Shown: piece by piece, positions 8,914 through 18,409 of the stretch
Numbering within the stretch: position 1 is the stretch's first letter
Layout: every line of letters begins with the position of its first letter
DNA from: Methanolinea sp. UBA473
Lineage (GTDB): Archaea > Halobacteriota > Methanomicrobia > Methanomicrobiales > Methanospirillaceae
Direction: 5' to 3'
Assembly (NCBI GenBank): GCA_002509495.1
Contig: DAEV01000012.1
Span: 4,714 to 51,651, forward strand
DNA: 46,938 bases
Program-made: the position numbers and the translations under genes
The notes under the pieces: model-generated
Databases searched by the model: none
Seen by the model: the letters and a program-made list of their open reading frames with translations, nothing else
What the model was told of the DNA's origin: nothing

Positions 8914-10439
8914 AAAAAGGAAAGAAATCTTCTCAATCCGGCAATCCGGATCGAATGATGGAACTACCTGACCTCGATCCCGGGTTCCAGGTCAGGCTCC
9001 GCAGGTTCCGGGACCTCAATCCGGCGGTGATAAAAAATATTCTCTTACGAAGCCGGTATTTTCAGATTCTCCTTCTCCTTACGGCGATAGGGGCGATCCT
9101 TCGGTTTTATTCCCTGGGAGAGTCCTCGCTCTGGCTGGACGAAGCCCTTACCTATCGCTTCTCGCTGCATCCCTTCGGAGAATACTGGGGGCTTATCAGT
9201 GCAGGAGGGGAAGTGCACCCTCCTCTCTTTTACTGGCTCACGTACTGCATGCTTGGATTCGGCCATACCGAAGCAGTCCTGCGGTTCCTCCCCGCACTTT
9301 TCGGGGTGCTTGCGATTCCGGCCATCTACCTCTTCGGCTCCGTCGCCGTGGACAGGAACGCAGGGATTCTGGGAGCCACGCTCATCACATTCTCTTCCTT
9401 TCATCTCTTCTATTCACAGGAAGCCAGGATGTACACGATGCTCATGCTATTGCTCGTTCTGGCGCTCTTCTTTTTCCTGCGGGCCCGCGGAGAAGGTAAC
9501 ATCTCCGACTGGATCCTGTTCGGTGTCTTCTCTGCCCTGGCATTCTGGACGCACTTCTTGTCCGCGGTGTTCATTGCCGCCGCATTCCTCTGGCAGGGAG
9601 TTACCGTGCTCAGGTCCGGTGGGGATTGGGTTTCCCGCTCAAGAAACCTTGCCGCGGCCATTTGCAGTTTTTTTGTCCTGGCCCTCCCCGTCCTTCTCAT
9701 CTCATGGCCGATCCTCCTGTCCCGGACTGCAGATCGGCCCACATGGGGGGACAGGGGTCTTACTGTTCTCTCATCCACCCTGTACCAGTTTGGAGGATAC
9801 AGCGAAGTCGTGGCGGCCATTCTATGCGGCATGTTTCTGCTGGGGATGTACATGCTCTGGAGAGCGCGGAAGGTGAACTTCCTGCTGTTGGCCTGGATTT
9901 TTTGCACGGTGCTCGTGGCAGGGATCATCCTTTCGTTCCTGATGCCGATGGCCCCCCGGTACTTTATCGGAATTCTCCCCCTCTTCTTCGTGGGCATCGC
10001 ATCCTCCTACCTGTTGCTCACCCGGGGAAAACCGGATCCCCGGATTGTATACCTGTTCCTTTTTGCGCTCGTCCTGATCAGTATCCCCGGAGTGATTGGC
10101 CATTATACCGAAGAGAAGAAGGAGAACTGGAGAGATTTTTCGGTCCTGATCGAGCAGAGTACTGCACCGGGAGATACGGTGGTGATCATGCCGTCCTATA
10201 TCTCGGAGCCTTTCGATTTCTACTACCGTAATGCAACGGACGGGACCCGGGAGTTTGCGCTTTCGTCGGAGGAGTCCCTGGAAGGACTGCTTGCGGAAAA
10301 GGGAGAGGAGAAGATGATCATTGGGTTCACGGATGACCTCAATGCAGCAGATCCCACGGGCAGGGCGATCGAGTGGATCAAGGCGCACGGGCAGTATGCA
10401 GGGAAACAGGAAGGAGTCTATGTCTTCGTCGTGCCCTGA
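8910..10439 (+). CDS. GT-C fold membrane glycosyltransferase (PMT_2 / ArnT-like, GT39/83-like), paralog 1
   Basis: 509 aa and polytopic. N-terminal loop motif LRFYSLGESSLWLDEALTY followed by a HPPLFYW loop. C-terminal soluble domain ENWRDFSVLIE...FDFYYRNATDGTRE. Confidence 0.72.
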   Translation: MKKGKKSSQSGNPDRMMELPDLDPGFQVRLRRFRDLNPAVIKNILLRSRYFQILLLLTAIGAILRFYSLGESSLWLDEALTYRFSLHPFGEYWGLISAGGEVHPPLFYWLTYCMLGFGHTEAVLRFLPALFGVLAIPAIYLFGSVAVDRNAGILGATLITFSSFHLFYSQEARMYTMLMLLLVLALFFFLRARGEGNISDWILFGVFSALAFWTHFLSAVFIAAAFLWQGVTVLRSGGDWVSRSRNLAAAICSFFVLALPVLLISWPILLSRTADRPTWGDRGLTVLSSTLYQFGGYSEVVAAILCGMFLLGMYMLWRARKVNFLLLAWIFCTVLVAGIILSFLMPMAPRYFIGILPLFFVGIASSYLLLTRGKPDPRIVYLFLFALVLISIPGVIGHYTEEKKENWRDFSVLIEQSTAPGDTVVIMPSYISEPFDFYYRNATDGTREFALSSEESLEGLLAEKGEEKMIIGFTDDLNAADPTGRAIEWIKAHGQYAGKQEGVYVFVVP

Positions 10440-10550
10440 GCCCTGTCAGGGAATCGAACAGGAACTGGAGGCTATCCGACAAAGACACCTCGATCGTCGA
10501 AATACTGAAGATATCAAATCTACTACCTATACAAAAAGGGGAACGTTCTG

Positions 10551-12056
10551 ATGGGCCGGAGAAGTAAATTGAAGGAAGTTCGCCGGGAAGAACCCGCTGT
10601 GGATGTAACGAAAGAAGTGGATGAAAAATCCTCCGGAATCCTCGGGGCGCTCGGAAAAGCAGTCCGGGAGGACGTGTGGATCCAGGTGCTGATCGGATTA
10701 ACCGTGATTGGGGCGATCCTGCGGTTCTACCACCTTGACTTCAACTCCCTCTGGCTGGATGAAGCATTCACCTACAATGCTGCGAAGGATTCGCTCCAGG
10801 AGATATGGAATACCATGGAAGTCGGGGATTTCCATCCTCCGCTTTTCCACTGGATCGAGCATTTCATGTTGGCATTTGGGCATTCGGAGTTCGTACTCCG
10901 CTTCATCCCCGCGGTTCTCGGGGTATGCACCATTCCACTCTTCTTTTTGCTGGGCAAGGAGCTTGCCGATGAAAGGGTCGGGGTTCTTTCCGCAACCCTG
11001 CTAACGTTCTCCTTCTTTCACATCTTCTACTCTCAGGAAGCTTACTCCTACTCTACCGTTCTCTTCGTCTTCTCCCTGGTGCTATACTGTTATCTCCGGG
11101 CGCTCCGGACCAGGGAACGAACCTTTTGGATCCTTTGCGGGATCTTCTCGGCGCTGGCGTTCTGGATCCATTTCTATACCCTGATCCCGATTATTTTCAT
11201 CTATCTTCACGCATTGATCGTTACCCTTCCCGAGCGGTCGAAGGGATTGGAGGCATTCAAAAATCTGCTCTATTCCGGAATTGCACTCATTCTGCTCATC
11301 TCACCGCTCATTCCCATCGTACTGCAGCGGTATTTCTCCCTCACGGCCAGACCACCGACCTACGGTGTGCTCGGTCCCGCTCTGATCAGCGAATCCTTCC
11401 TCCGGTTCTCAGCATTGTCCCTGCCGGTTGCCATTCTTTTTATCATCCTCTTCGCAGCAGGGACTCTTTATCTGTATCGGTTAAAAAAACCGGTGTTCTG
11501 GCTTTGGATCATGTTGATCGTCCTTCCCCTGCTCTTCTCCGTGGCGATATCCTCAAGGATGACCATGAATCCACGGTATCTCATCTTTCTTCTGGCCGTT
11601 TTTTATCCGGGAATTGCCTGTTCCTATCTCTGGGCAAAACAGTACTCCGCCCGGCAGTGGGTTGTATTCGCCTTCCTTGCCGCATTCGTCCTGGTCAGCG
11701 TTCCTATCCTGACATCCTATTACCAGGGATACAGCAAGGAAAACTGGCGAGGCCTGGCTACCGTCATGGAGAAGAATACCCAGCCCGGGGATCTTATTGT
11801 CCTGGTCCCCGGATACCTTGAGATGCCTTTTGACTATTATTATGATAATGCTACGGACGGAACAAGGGAGTTGGGGGTAGCAAGTGTTGCGGAATTGGAG
11901 AACATCGGCCGGATCCAGGGGGATGGCAGGATCTTCTACATCATAACGGGGGATATTACGGCCGTGAATCCTGAAGGAGACGTAATGAGGTGGATCGAGA
12001 GAAATGCCACGTATGTCGGAGATTACACAAATATCTATATCTTTTCTTCACCTTGA
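10551..12056 (+). CDS. GT-C fold membrane glycosyltransferase (PMT_2 / ArnT-like), paralog 2
   Basis: 501 aa, collinear with 8910..10439. Shared blocks: LRFYHLDFNSLWLDEAFTY, FHPPLFHW, ENWRGLATVME...FDYYYDNATDGTRE. Confidence 0.72.
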   Translation: MGRRSKLKEVRREEPAVDVTKEVDEKSSGILGALGKAVREDVWIQVLIGLTVIGAILRFYHLDFNSLWLDEAFTYNAAKDSLQEIWNTMEVGDFHPPLFHWIEHFMLAFGHSEFVLRFIPAVLGVCTIPLFFLLGKELADERVGVLSATLLTFSFFHIFYSQEAYSYSTVLFVFSLVLYCYLRALRTRERTFWILCGIFSALAFWIHFYTLIPIIFIYLHALIVTLPERSKGLEAFKNLLYSGIALILLISPLIPIVLQRYFSLTARPPTYGVLGPALISESFLRFSALSLPVAILFIILFAAGTLYLYRLKKPVFWLWIMLIVLPLLFSVAISSRMTMNPRYLIFLLAVFYPGIACSYLWAKQYSARQWVVFAFLAAFVLVSVPILTSYYQGYSKENWRGLATVMEKNTQPGDLIVLVPGYLEMPFDYYYDNATDGTRELGVASVAELENIGRIQGDGRIFYIITGDITAVNPEGDVMRWIERNATYVGDYTNIYIFSSP

Positions 12057-12068
12057 AATCCTCTCTTT

Positions 12069-12875
12069 TTAATTGAAAAAATGCTGTTTCCATGCCATTT
12101 TAACATTCCCGCTGGCCCGGAGCAGAAAGTTGTAGTGCAGGATCCCCGCGGTCTGGATTAGGAATTGAACAATGATGAAAGGCTTTAATTTGCTCTTGCC
12201 CGCATCCCGGTTCCGGAATATGAACGGGATCTCCCTGACCGTATGCCAGTTACCCTTCCCGAGGATCTCGAAACCCATCCGGAATCCCCTGGGAGTGAGG
12301 GTTGCACCCGCGAGGATTCTCCTGTTGATGGCAAAGAATCCGCTCCCTGAGTCGTGGACAACGGGAATGATGATCCGGCCAAGCATCGCTGCACCATAGG
12401 AAAGGATCCTCCGGATGAGAGGCCAGTCCACCGAACCGCCGCCCCTGATATAGCGGCTGCCTATGACGATGTCGATGTTTTCATCCTTAAGATACCTGTA
12501 AAATTCGGGAATTAATTCAGGAGGGTGGGAGAAATCACAATCGATGCACTGGACGAGGTCTGTAGGGGAGAAGGAAATTCCTTCATAAAGGGAAGGAGAG
12601 AGTCCGTGGTTGTCGTGACGGACGATGAGGCTCACATTCCGGAATGAGGGAAGGATTGATTTCACCTCTGCGATAGTACCATCTCCTGATTCATCGTCGA
12701 TGATAAGAATGTGGCCACGGATTCCCGATCGGGCAAAGATTTCATCGATTGCCAGGACCATCCGACGGATATTCTCCCCCTCATTGAACGTGGGGATGAG
12801 AACGGTGAGATCAAATTCCTGGCCTTTACTCTTTGAATCCGACAAGAAACCAAAAATTTCCCTGATTTTATCCAT
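12069..12875 (-). CDS. GT2 family glycosyltransferase, polyprenyl/dolichyl-phosphate sugar synthase-like (Dpm1/ArnC-like)
   Basis: 268 aa. LTVLIPTFNEGENI, IIDDESGDGT, DCDFSHPP (DXD region) and a C-terminal membrane-associated helix. Confidence 0.85.
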   Translation of the reverse strand: MDKIREIFGFLSDSKSKGQEFDLTVLIPTFNEGENIRRMVLAIDEIFARSGIRGHILIIDDESGDGTIAEVKSILPSFRNVSLIVRHDNHGLSPSLYEGISFSPTDLVQCIDCDFSHPPELIPEFYRYLKDENIDIVIGSRYIRGGGSVDWPLIRRILSYGAAMLGRIIIPVVHDSGSGFFAINRRILAGATLTPRGFRMGFEILGKGNWHTVREIPFIFRNRDAGKSKLKPFIIVQFLIQTAGILHYNFLLRASGNVKMAWKQHFFN

Positions 12876-12968
12876 TCCTGCCTGCGTTTGGTTTGACCAA
12901 TTAATCTCTATTCAAGACTATTATACATTCGGAAAGCTCCCGGAAGGTGGGAATGGGCAGCGTCCGGC

Positions 12969-14615
12969 TTATTTTTTTGCGTGCAGAACGATGGAGACAC
13001 CCCACCCGCGGGCTTCGAAGAATGTGTCCAGTTTCATTCCAAGCCTGAGCAGGGACTGGCGGTTTGTAAGGGCAAGGAAGGGGGAGAGAAAGAAGATGGT
13101 CCTGGTGGAACAGGAAGAGAAATCGGAAAAGAAAGTGCACAACTCACGGGGTGAGAAGAAACGGAGATGGGTCTCCCCATAATTTCTGCCTCGCCCGAAG
13201 ATGTCCCAGAGGAACTCGTACATACCCCAGATGGAGTGCTCGTTCGGGGTTGTGATCACCACTTCCCCTCCGGGTGACAGAACCCGGCGGACCTCGTCGA
13301 GCATCGTTTCCGGCCTGGATAGATGTTCGATGATCTCGGCGCTCACAACCTGGTCGACACAATGATCGCGGATCGGGAGGTGGTGGACATCGGCCTGGAT
13401 AAACGAGGCACGGGGGATCTGCTTCCCCTGTGCATGGCGCAGTGCATTCCGGCTGATATCGATCCCAATTGCCATCCTGGTGCCTTCTTTTTGCATCTCT
13501 TCGACCTGGACGCCGCTTCCGCAGCCGATATCGAGGAGCAGACCCTTTCCGGGATTGAGCGAATCCCTGATCAATCCGGTTTTTCGCTGCTGAAAATAAC
13601 GCTGGACCAGGAGATCGGAATTATATGCCTGGTCGTCGATATCCCCGGGAATTGCCTGATAGTGGGCTTTCAGACCCGCATCCTCCTGCGTGCGGAGGAA
13701 GAATTCCCGGATCCCGGCGGCATCGACCAGGATCTCGCTCCCACGCACCAGGAAGGCGAAGGATGCAGCCAGGGCGACGGGAATACCGATGATTGAAAAG
13801 AAGGCGATGATTGCAGTCTCCTGGATGCCGATCCCTGCCGGTGTTAACGGGATAAGCGAGAACAGGGTGAGCAGAGGGGAGAGGAAGAAGGCATCCAGGT
13901 GCGAGTGGAAGGAAAGATGCAGGGAGAACCCGATAAAGAGCCACTGGAGACCCCGAAGCACCCAGCCCAGAAAGGAGATGGTAAGGATCATCGGGAAGAA
14001 CTGCTGTATCTTCCGGCCTTCCTCCCCGATTTCCAATGCCTTCCGGCCCAGACGCCACTTTGCGATGAACTCCCTGAATATGGTGGGAGGATACAGGACG
14101 AGGAAATAGGCAATGAAGATCATCGCGACCAGGAGCAGGGTGATGGCCAGGGAATAGGTAATCCGGGGGGAGAGGAGGCTCGTGTAGAGGTAAGCAAAAC
14201 CAAGAAGGGCTACTGATACCTTAAACAGGAGATCGTAGATATAGGTCGAGGTGATCGAGGCTGTCCCGGTCTCGAGCGGGACCCCTTTTTTCCGCAACGC
14301 CTCGGCAGTATACAGGTATCCGCTACGGAGCGGGGTGAAATCCGAGAGGATCATCCCGGCCATATGCGCCCAGAAAACAAACTTTAACCGGAGTTTCTGT
14401 CCCTGATGAGCAAGGAGCCGTTTGAGTCTGAAGATCATCAGTACATTATTGAGAAAATAGCAGACGAGAGCCAGGAGGAAGAACGGAAGGTCGATGGAGA
14501 GGAAAGTTGTGAGGAATTCCTGCGTAGAGATAAACAGGAGTATGGCGATGACAAGGAGCAACCCAAGGATTGCCTGCAGTATGAAAATATGACGTTTAAA
14601 CCGCTCGAGCTGCAT
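12969..14615 (-). CDS. Fusion protein: flippase-like / lysylphosphatidylglycerol-synthase TM-region domain (UPF0104) plus class I SAM-dependent methyltransferase
   Basis: 548 aa. Roughly the first 320 aa are polytopic with UPF0104-like features (FRLKRLL...FTPLRSGY...PLTPAGIGIQE). The C-terminal part has SAM motif I (LLDIGCGSGVQ) and a post-I/II region (GIDIS...ADVHHLP...LSPGGEVVITTPN). Confidence 0.7.
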   Translation of the reverse strand: MQLERFKRHIFILQAILGLLLVIAILLFISTQEFLTTFLSIDLPFFLLALVCYFLNNVLMIFRLKRLLAHQGQKLRLKFVFWAHMAGMILSDFTPLRSGYLYTAEALRKKGVPLETGTASITSTYIYDLLFKVSVALLGFAYLYTSLLSPRITYSLAITLLLVAMIFIAYFLVLYPPTIFREFIAKWRLGRKALEIGEEGRKIQQFFPMILTISFLGWVLRGLQWLFIGFSLHLSFHSHLDAFFLSPLLTLFSLIPLTPAGIGIQETAIIAFFSIIGIPVALAASFAFLVRGSEILVDAAGIREFFLRTQEDAGLKAHYQAIPGDIDDQAYNSDLLVQRYFQQRKTGLIRDSLNPGKGLLLDIGCGSGVQVEEMQKEGTRMAIGIDISRNALRHAQGKQIPRASFIQADVHHLPIRDHCVDQVVSAEIIEHLSRPETMLDEVRRVLSPGGEVVITTPNEHSIWGMYEFLWDIFGRGRNYGETHLRFFSPRELCTFFSDFSSCSTRTIFFLSPFLALTNRQSLLRLGMKLDTFFEARGWGVSIVLHAKK

Positions 14616-14898
14616 GAAGATCAGAAATAACCTTAGGTAGACATTCCTATCACATGAATCATTGGATATCCGAACAGGCGGGTTGAAAAGCGAGGAGAGT
14701 TCCTCTATTCATTCATAGCCATGTCTCTGAATTTGATGGTAGGATGAAAATAAAGTGTTCATCGGAGTTCTCCGGATTTGTTTCGTTCTCATCGGAATCA
14801 TCGAGGGTATAAGAGAAATTCCTGTGCCGTCTTTCTTTACACTTTGTTTTCTCGTTCACCCTGTAAACCTCATATAAGTTCCCGACAAATCTGATCCC

Positions 14899-15858
14899 AT
14901 GCCCAACCTCACCGTCGCGGTCATCGGCCCGGAGGGCTATTCCGGGCAACTGGGGAAGAAGGGGACGAGCTCGGACATCACCTTCTATAACCAGAGAAGG
15001 GACGATGTGACGGTCACCCTGATCGAGCCGACCCGATACCCGGAGAAACTCTCTTCGTTGTTTTTTTCCCTGTCCATGGCTGAATTTGCTATTCTGGTGG
15101 TGGACGAGATCAGCCCTGCGTTCGGCGAATGCGTTCTTATGCTCGACCAGGCAAGGATTACGAAAGGCATTCTTGTCCTGCGCAACTATCTCGCCCCGGA
15201 ACAGGTGGCCCCACTGGTCAAGGGGACCGTAGTGGAGGGATATACCCTGCAACCGGACGACAGGAACCTTTTACGGGAGCTCCTCCTCGATAAAGCGGCC
15301 AGGGAAGCCCCCCTGCGAAGGGAAAAATACGGATCGGTTCCGGTCGATCATCATTTCCAGGTGAAGGGTGTTGGGATCGTGGTCCTGGGTGGGGTGGCGG
15401 AAGGGACCATCCGCGCCCACGACCAGCTCAAAGTACTTCCCACGCAGAAAGTTGCCCACCTCCGTTCCATCCAGAAGCATGACGAAGACGTGGACGAGGC
15501 ATCCGTGGGGGACAGGGTAGGACTTGCATTGAAGGGGATAGAAGAAGACGACCTTGACAGGGGATTTGTCCTCTCAACCAATCCTGGTCTCGTATCTTCC
15601 AAGGTCCTGGCCGGTCGGGCCGAGCTGGTCCGGTACTGGCCAACCCCGCTGAAGGAACAGATGATCGTCTACCTCGGGCACTGGATGCAGTTCATTCCCG
15701 CGCGGATTGCGTTTGTGAACAATGCCGGGGACTGGAAGCGCCCGGAAGTGACGCTTCGATCGGAGAAAGAACTGGTCTATCCCCCGGGTGCGAACATCCT
15801 CATTTTCTATTTGGAAGGGGGCAAACTGAGGGTAGTCGGAAGGCTCGCTCCCTCCTGA
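14899..15858 (+). CDS. EF-Tu/SelB-like protein with degenerate G domain (elongation factor Tu domain-2 protein)
   Basis: 319 aa. Domain-2 beta-barrel signature VKGVGIVVLGGVAEGTIRAHDQLKVLP...VGDRVGLALKG. The N-terminal P-loop region reads VIGPEGYSGQLGKKGT rather than GHVDHGK[ST], and no DxxG or NKxD motif is recognisable. Confidence 0.65.
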   Translation: MPNLTVAVIGPEGYSGQLGKKGTSSDITFYNQRRDDVTVTLIEPTRYPEKLSSLFFSLSMAEFAILVVDEISPAFGECVLMLDQARITKGILVLRNYLAPEQVAPLVKGTVVEGYTLQPDDRNLLRELLLDKAAREAPLRREKYGSVPVDHHFQVKGVGIVVLGGVAEGTIRAHDQLKVLPTQKVAHLRSIQKHDEDVDEASVGDRVGLALKGIEEDDLDRGFVLSTNPGLVSSKVLAGRAELVRYWPTPLKEQMIVYLGHWMQFIPARIAFVNNAGDWKRPEVTLRSEKELVYPPGANILIFYLEGGKLRVVGRLAPS

Positions 15859-15923
15859 TTATTCCGTTCGATGCGTTCGAAAACCGGGCAGTTGCCCAAT
15901 CCATTTTTTACCAGGGCAGCGGG

Positions 15924-15933
15924 ATTAAATATA
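15924..15933 (+). promoter_or_regulatory. TATA-box-like element ATTAAATATA upstream of lemA
   Basis: An AT-rich box in an otherwise GC-rich spacer. Its centre is about 26 nt upstream of the ATG at 15955, which implies a leaderless or very short-leader transcript. Confidence 0.4.
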
Positions 15934-15954
15934 CAGGGAAGAGATAGGTGAGCT

Positions 15955-16527
15955 ATGGCACTTGGAGATCTGATCCCCTGGATCGTGGGCGGCATCATCG
16001 TCCTGATCCTTGTGGGGCTGGTGCTCTACTTCATCAGCATCTATAACCGTTTCTTCAGCCTCAAGAACTCGTCCGAGGCAACCCTTGGCCAGATACGGGT
16101 GGCCATGAAGAAACGCCTGGATATGATCGACCAGCTCCTCGGGGCGGTGAAGAGCTATGCAAAATTCGAACGGGAGACTTTCGAGAAGGTCACCGCAATG
16201 CGGGCCAGCGTGGCCACTGCAGGGCCCGGGGACTTAAACCAGATCGAGAAGGAGTCCCGCTCCCTTCTGGGCCGTCTCTTTGCAGTCGCAGAGAATTACC
16301 CGGACCTCAAGACCAGTACCACGGTGATGAACCTCATGGACGCGGTCAGGGGCGTGGAGGAGGAGATCGCGAGGCAGCGCTATACCTACAACAACATCTC
16401 CCAGCAGTACAACACACTCCGCGACGTGATCCCCTCCAATTTCATCGCAAGGCTCCTCGCCCTCCAGAAACTGGAATACCTGGAGTTTGAAGAGGCGATC
16501 TCGACTCCTCCGAAGATCGAATTCTGA
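15955..16527 (+). CDS. lemA: LemA family membrane protein
   Basis: 190 aa. An N-terminal TM helix, then YNRFFSLKNSSEATLGQIRVAMKKRLDMI...ENYPDLKTS..., the LemA pattern. Confidence 0.85.
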   Translation: MALGDLIPWIVGGIIVLILVGLVLYFISIYNRFFSLKNSSEATLGQIRVAMKKRLDMIDQLLGAVKSYAKFERETFEKVTAMRASVATAGPGDLNQIEKESRSLLGRLFAVAENYPDLKTSTTVMNLMDAVRGVEEEIARQRYTYNNISQQYNTLRDVIPSNFIARLLALQKLEYLEFEEAISTPPKIEF

Positions 16528-16540
16528 GGAGAATTTCAGG

Positions 16541-18358
16541 ATGGGCGAGAAACGGCAGCTCCTGGTCCTTGTGATCCTGGCCCTGGCGCTCGGAGCTGTG
16601 GCAATAGGGATTGGCATGGCCATCCCCTTACTCCTGGAAGGGGACCTGGTCATTACCCGCTACCAGGCGACGCTCCAGCCGGACGGAACCTTCACGGAGG
16701 TCTATACCTACGAGGTGAAGACCGGGGGAGTATACAGGATGCTGTACCGGTACTGGACCGACCCCCTCTCCCCAGAAGGCCTGGACGTCCCGTATATCGA
16801 GTTCAAGGATATGGAGGTCCCGGTCGGCACAACGGGATACCTGAAAGATTCCGCCGGCCGGGTGATCCTTGAACCCGGAGCCGATTCCTCCCATGCCGGG
16901 TTTATCCAGAGCATGGCGGAGAACAACGAGGTCGGGATCTACAATCCCGGATATTTCCCGTCCGGCACCTATACGGTCAAATACTCTTACACTCTCCACC
17001 CGCCGATCGAATATGACAGCGAGATTGCCCACCTGAACCTGAGGCTCGTGGACAAGCACATTCCCTATCGTTCGCTGGAGATCCTGGTCCCTTCCTCCCT
17101 CACCGGGGAGGTTTTCCCACATCCCCCCGGACTCGTTGTGGAACGATCGGGAGACCGGGTGAAGATTACCGGAAGTCTTGCGGCCGACGAGGTCATGGGG
17201 ATCGAGATGCTCGTCCCCCTGGATGCTGTTTCCGGTCTCCAGGGATTCCCGTCCGTTGTCCAGGATGTCCGGGATACCACCGTGTCGGCCAATCCATGGT
17301 TCAATATCCTGCCCCTTTACCTGGCAGGAGTACTTTATTCCCTTGGGCTTGTCATGGTCTTCCTGACACCCTTCCTCTTCCTTGCAATCTATCACTATTA
17401 CGGGAGAGAACGGCAGTTTACCGTCCCAGAATACCTGAGTTTCACACCCCACCCTGAAATGAAGCCCTGGGCGGTGAACCTCTTATTCAAGGGAGATGCG
17501 ATCGATTTCGACCAGGACGGCTACTATGCCACCCTCCTCGATCTCCACCGGCGGAACCTCATCACGATCCGGGAGAAACCTGATGGGAAGGGAGTCACCG
17601 TCACCCGCAACCAGGGGGATACCGACGATTCCTACGAACAGAAGGTACTCTCGTTTCTGGGGGATGTCGGAAAGGAAGGGACCGTGGACTCTGAAGACCT
17701 CCAGGCCCTGGCGGCCGAGGCAAAAAGCGACAGGACAGCCGAGGCCAGGATCCTGAAGTACCAGCGGGAGCTGGCCGGTGTGACGCGCAAATCAGACCCG
17801 AGACTGATTGCCCGGTACGTCGTGGATGGAAGGGACCACATCATCCCCCTCCTCCTGGCTGCTGTGGCGCTCTGTATTGTGACCGTCATGGCCCTGATCA
17901 TCTCGCCGTCGCTCTCCTCCATTCTCGGCCCTGCAATTATCTTCTGGGTGGGAATGCTGGTTCAGTCAGGCGCAGCCTGGGCGTTCCCTTCCACGCTGTT
18001 CGGCCACTGGAAGGAGGATAAGTATCAGGAAAAGATGCAATGGGATTCGTTTGCCAGGTTCCTCTCCGATCTGGCCCGGATTAAACAGTACACCCCACAG
18101 GACATCTCCATGTGGGGAGAATGGCTTGTGTTCGGTACCGCCCTCGGGGTGGGCCAGAAAGTCGAACATGCCATGAAGGAACTGGATATCTCCCTCCCGG
18201 ATGCGGGATTCCCGGCTGCCATGGGGATCCGCACGGCGTTTGTCCCAATCCTCGCCTTCACTGCCCCCTCGCGTGGTGGAGGGGGCGGAGGTGGATTCGG
18301 CGGAGGATCCTTTGGAGGCGGGGGAGGATTCGGCGGTGGCGGAGTGGGAGGACGATGA
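16541..18358 (+). CDS. DUF2207 domain-containing membrane protein with a Gly-rich C-terminal tail
   Basis: I place the start at ATG 16541 (MGEKRQLLVLVILALALGAV signal/anchor), after GAGGAG. It has a large extracytoplasmic N-domain, several TM helices and a C-terminus GGGGGGGFGGGSFGGGGGFGGGGVGGR. Pairing with LemA is the common arrangement. Confidence 0.7.
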   Translation: MGEKRQLLVLVILALALGAVAIGIGMAIPLLLEGDLVITRYQATLQPDGTFTEVYTYEVKTGGVYRMLYRYWTDPLSPEGLDVPYIEFKDMEVPVGTTGYLKDSAGRVILEPGADSSHAGFIQSMAENNEVGIYNPGYFPSGTYTVKYSYTLHPPIEYDSEIAHLNLRLVDKHIPYRSLEILVPSSLTGEVFPHPPGLVVERSGDRVKITGSLAADEVMGIEMLVPLDAVSGLQGFPSVVQDVRDTTVSANPWFNILPLYLAGVLYSLGLVMVFLTPFLFLAIYHYYGRERQFTVPEYLSFTPHPEMKPWAVNLLFKGDAIDFDQDGYYATLLDLHRRNLITIREKPDGKGVTVTRNQGDTDDSYEQKVLSFLGDVGKEGTVDSEDLQALAAEAKSDRTAEARILKYQRELAGVTRKSDPRLIARYVVDGRDHIIPLLLAAVALCIVTVMALIISPSLSSILGPAIIFWVGMLVQSGAAWAFPSTLFGHWKEDKYQEKMQWDSFARFLSDLARIKQYTPQDISMWGEWLVFGTALGVGQKVEHAMKELDISLPDAGFPAAMGIRTAFVPILAFTAPSRGGGGGGGFGGGSFGGGGGFGGGGVGGR

Positions 18359-18409
18359 TGCCCGCTATCTGTGGGCGGGGGAATATCAAGGACGGTGCAG
18401 GATCCGGAT

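Noticed and set aside
16487-16540. Upstream extension of the DUF2207 ORF (start at 16487) overlapping the lemA 3' end
   Set aside because: The extension encodes a basic, non-hydrophobic peptide inside lemA. ATG 16541 is preceded by GAGGAG and begins directly with a signal/anchor sequence.
18276-18355. GGN-rich tandem-looking DNA, considered as a simple-sequence repeat element
   Set aside because: It is in frame and encodes the Gly/Phe-rich C-terminal tail typical of DUF2207 proteins. This is coding low complexity, not a non-coding repeat.
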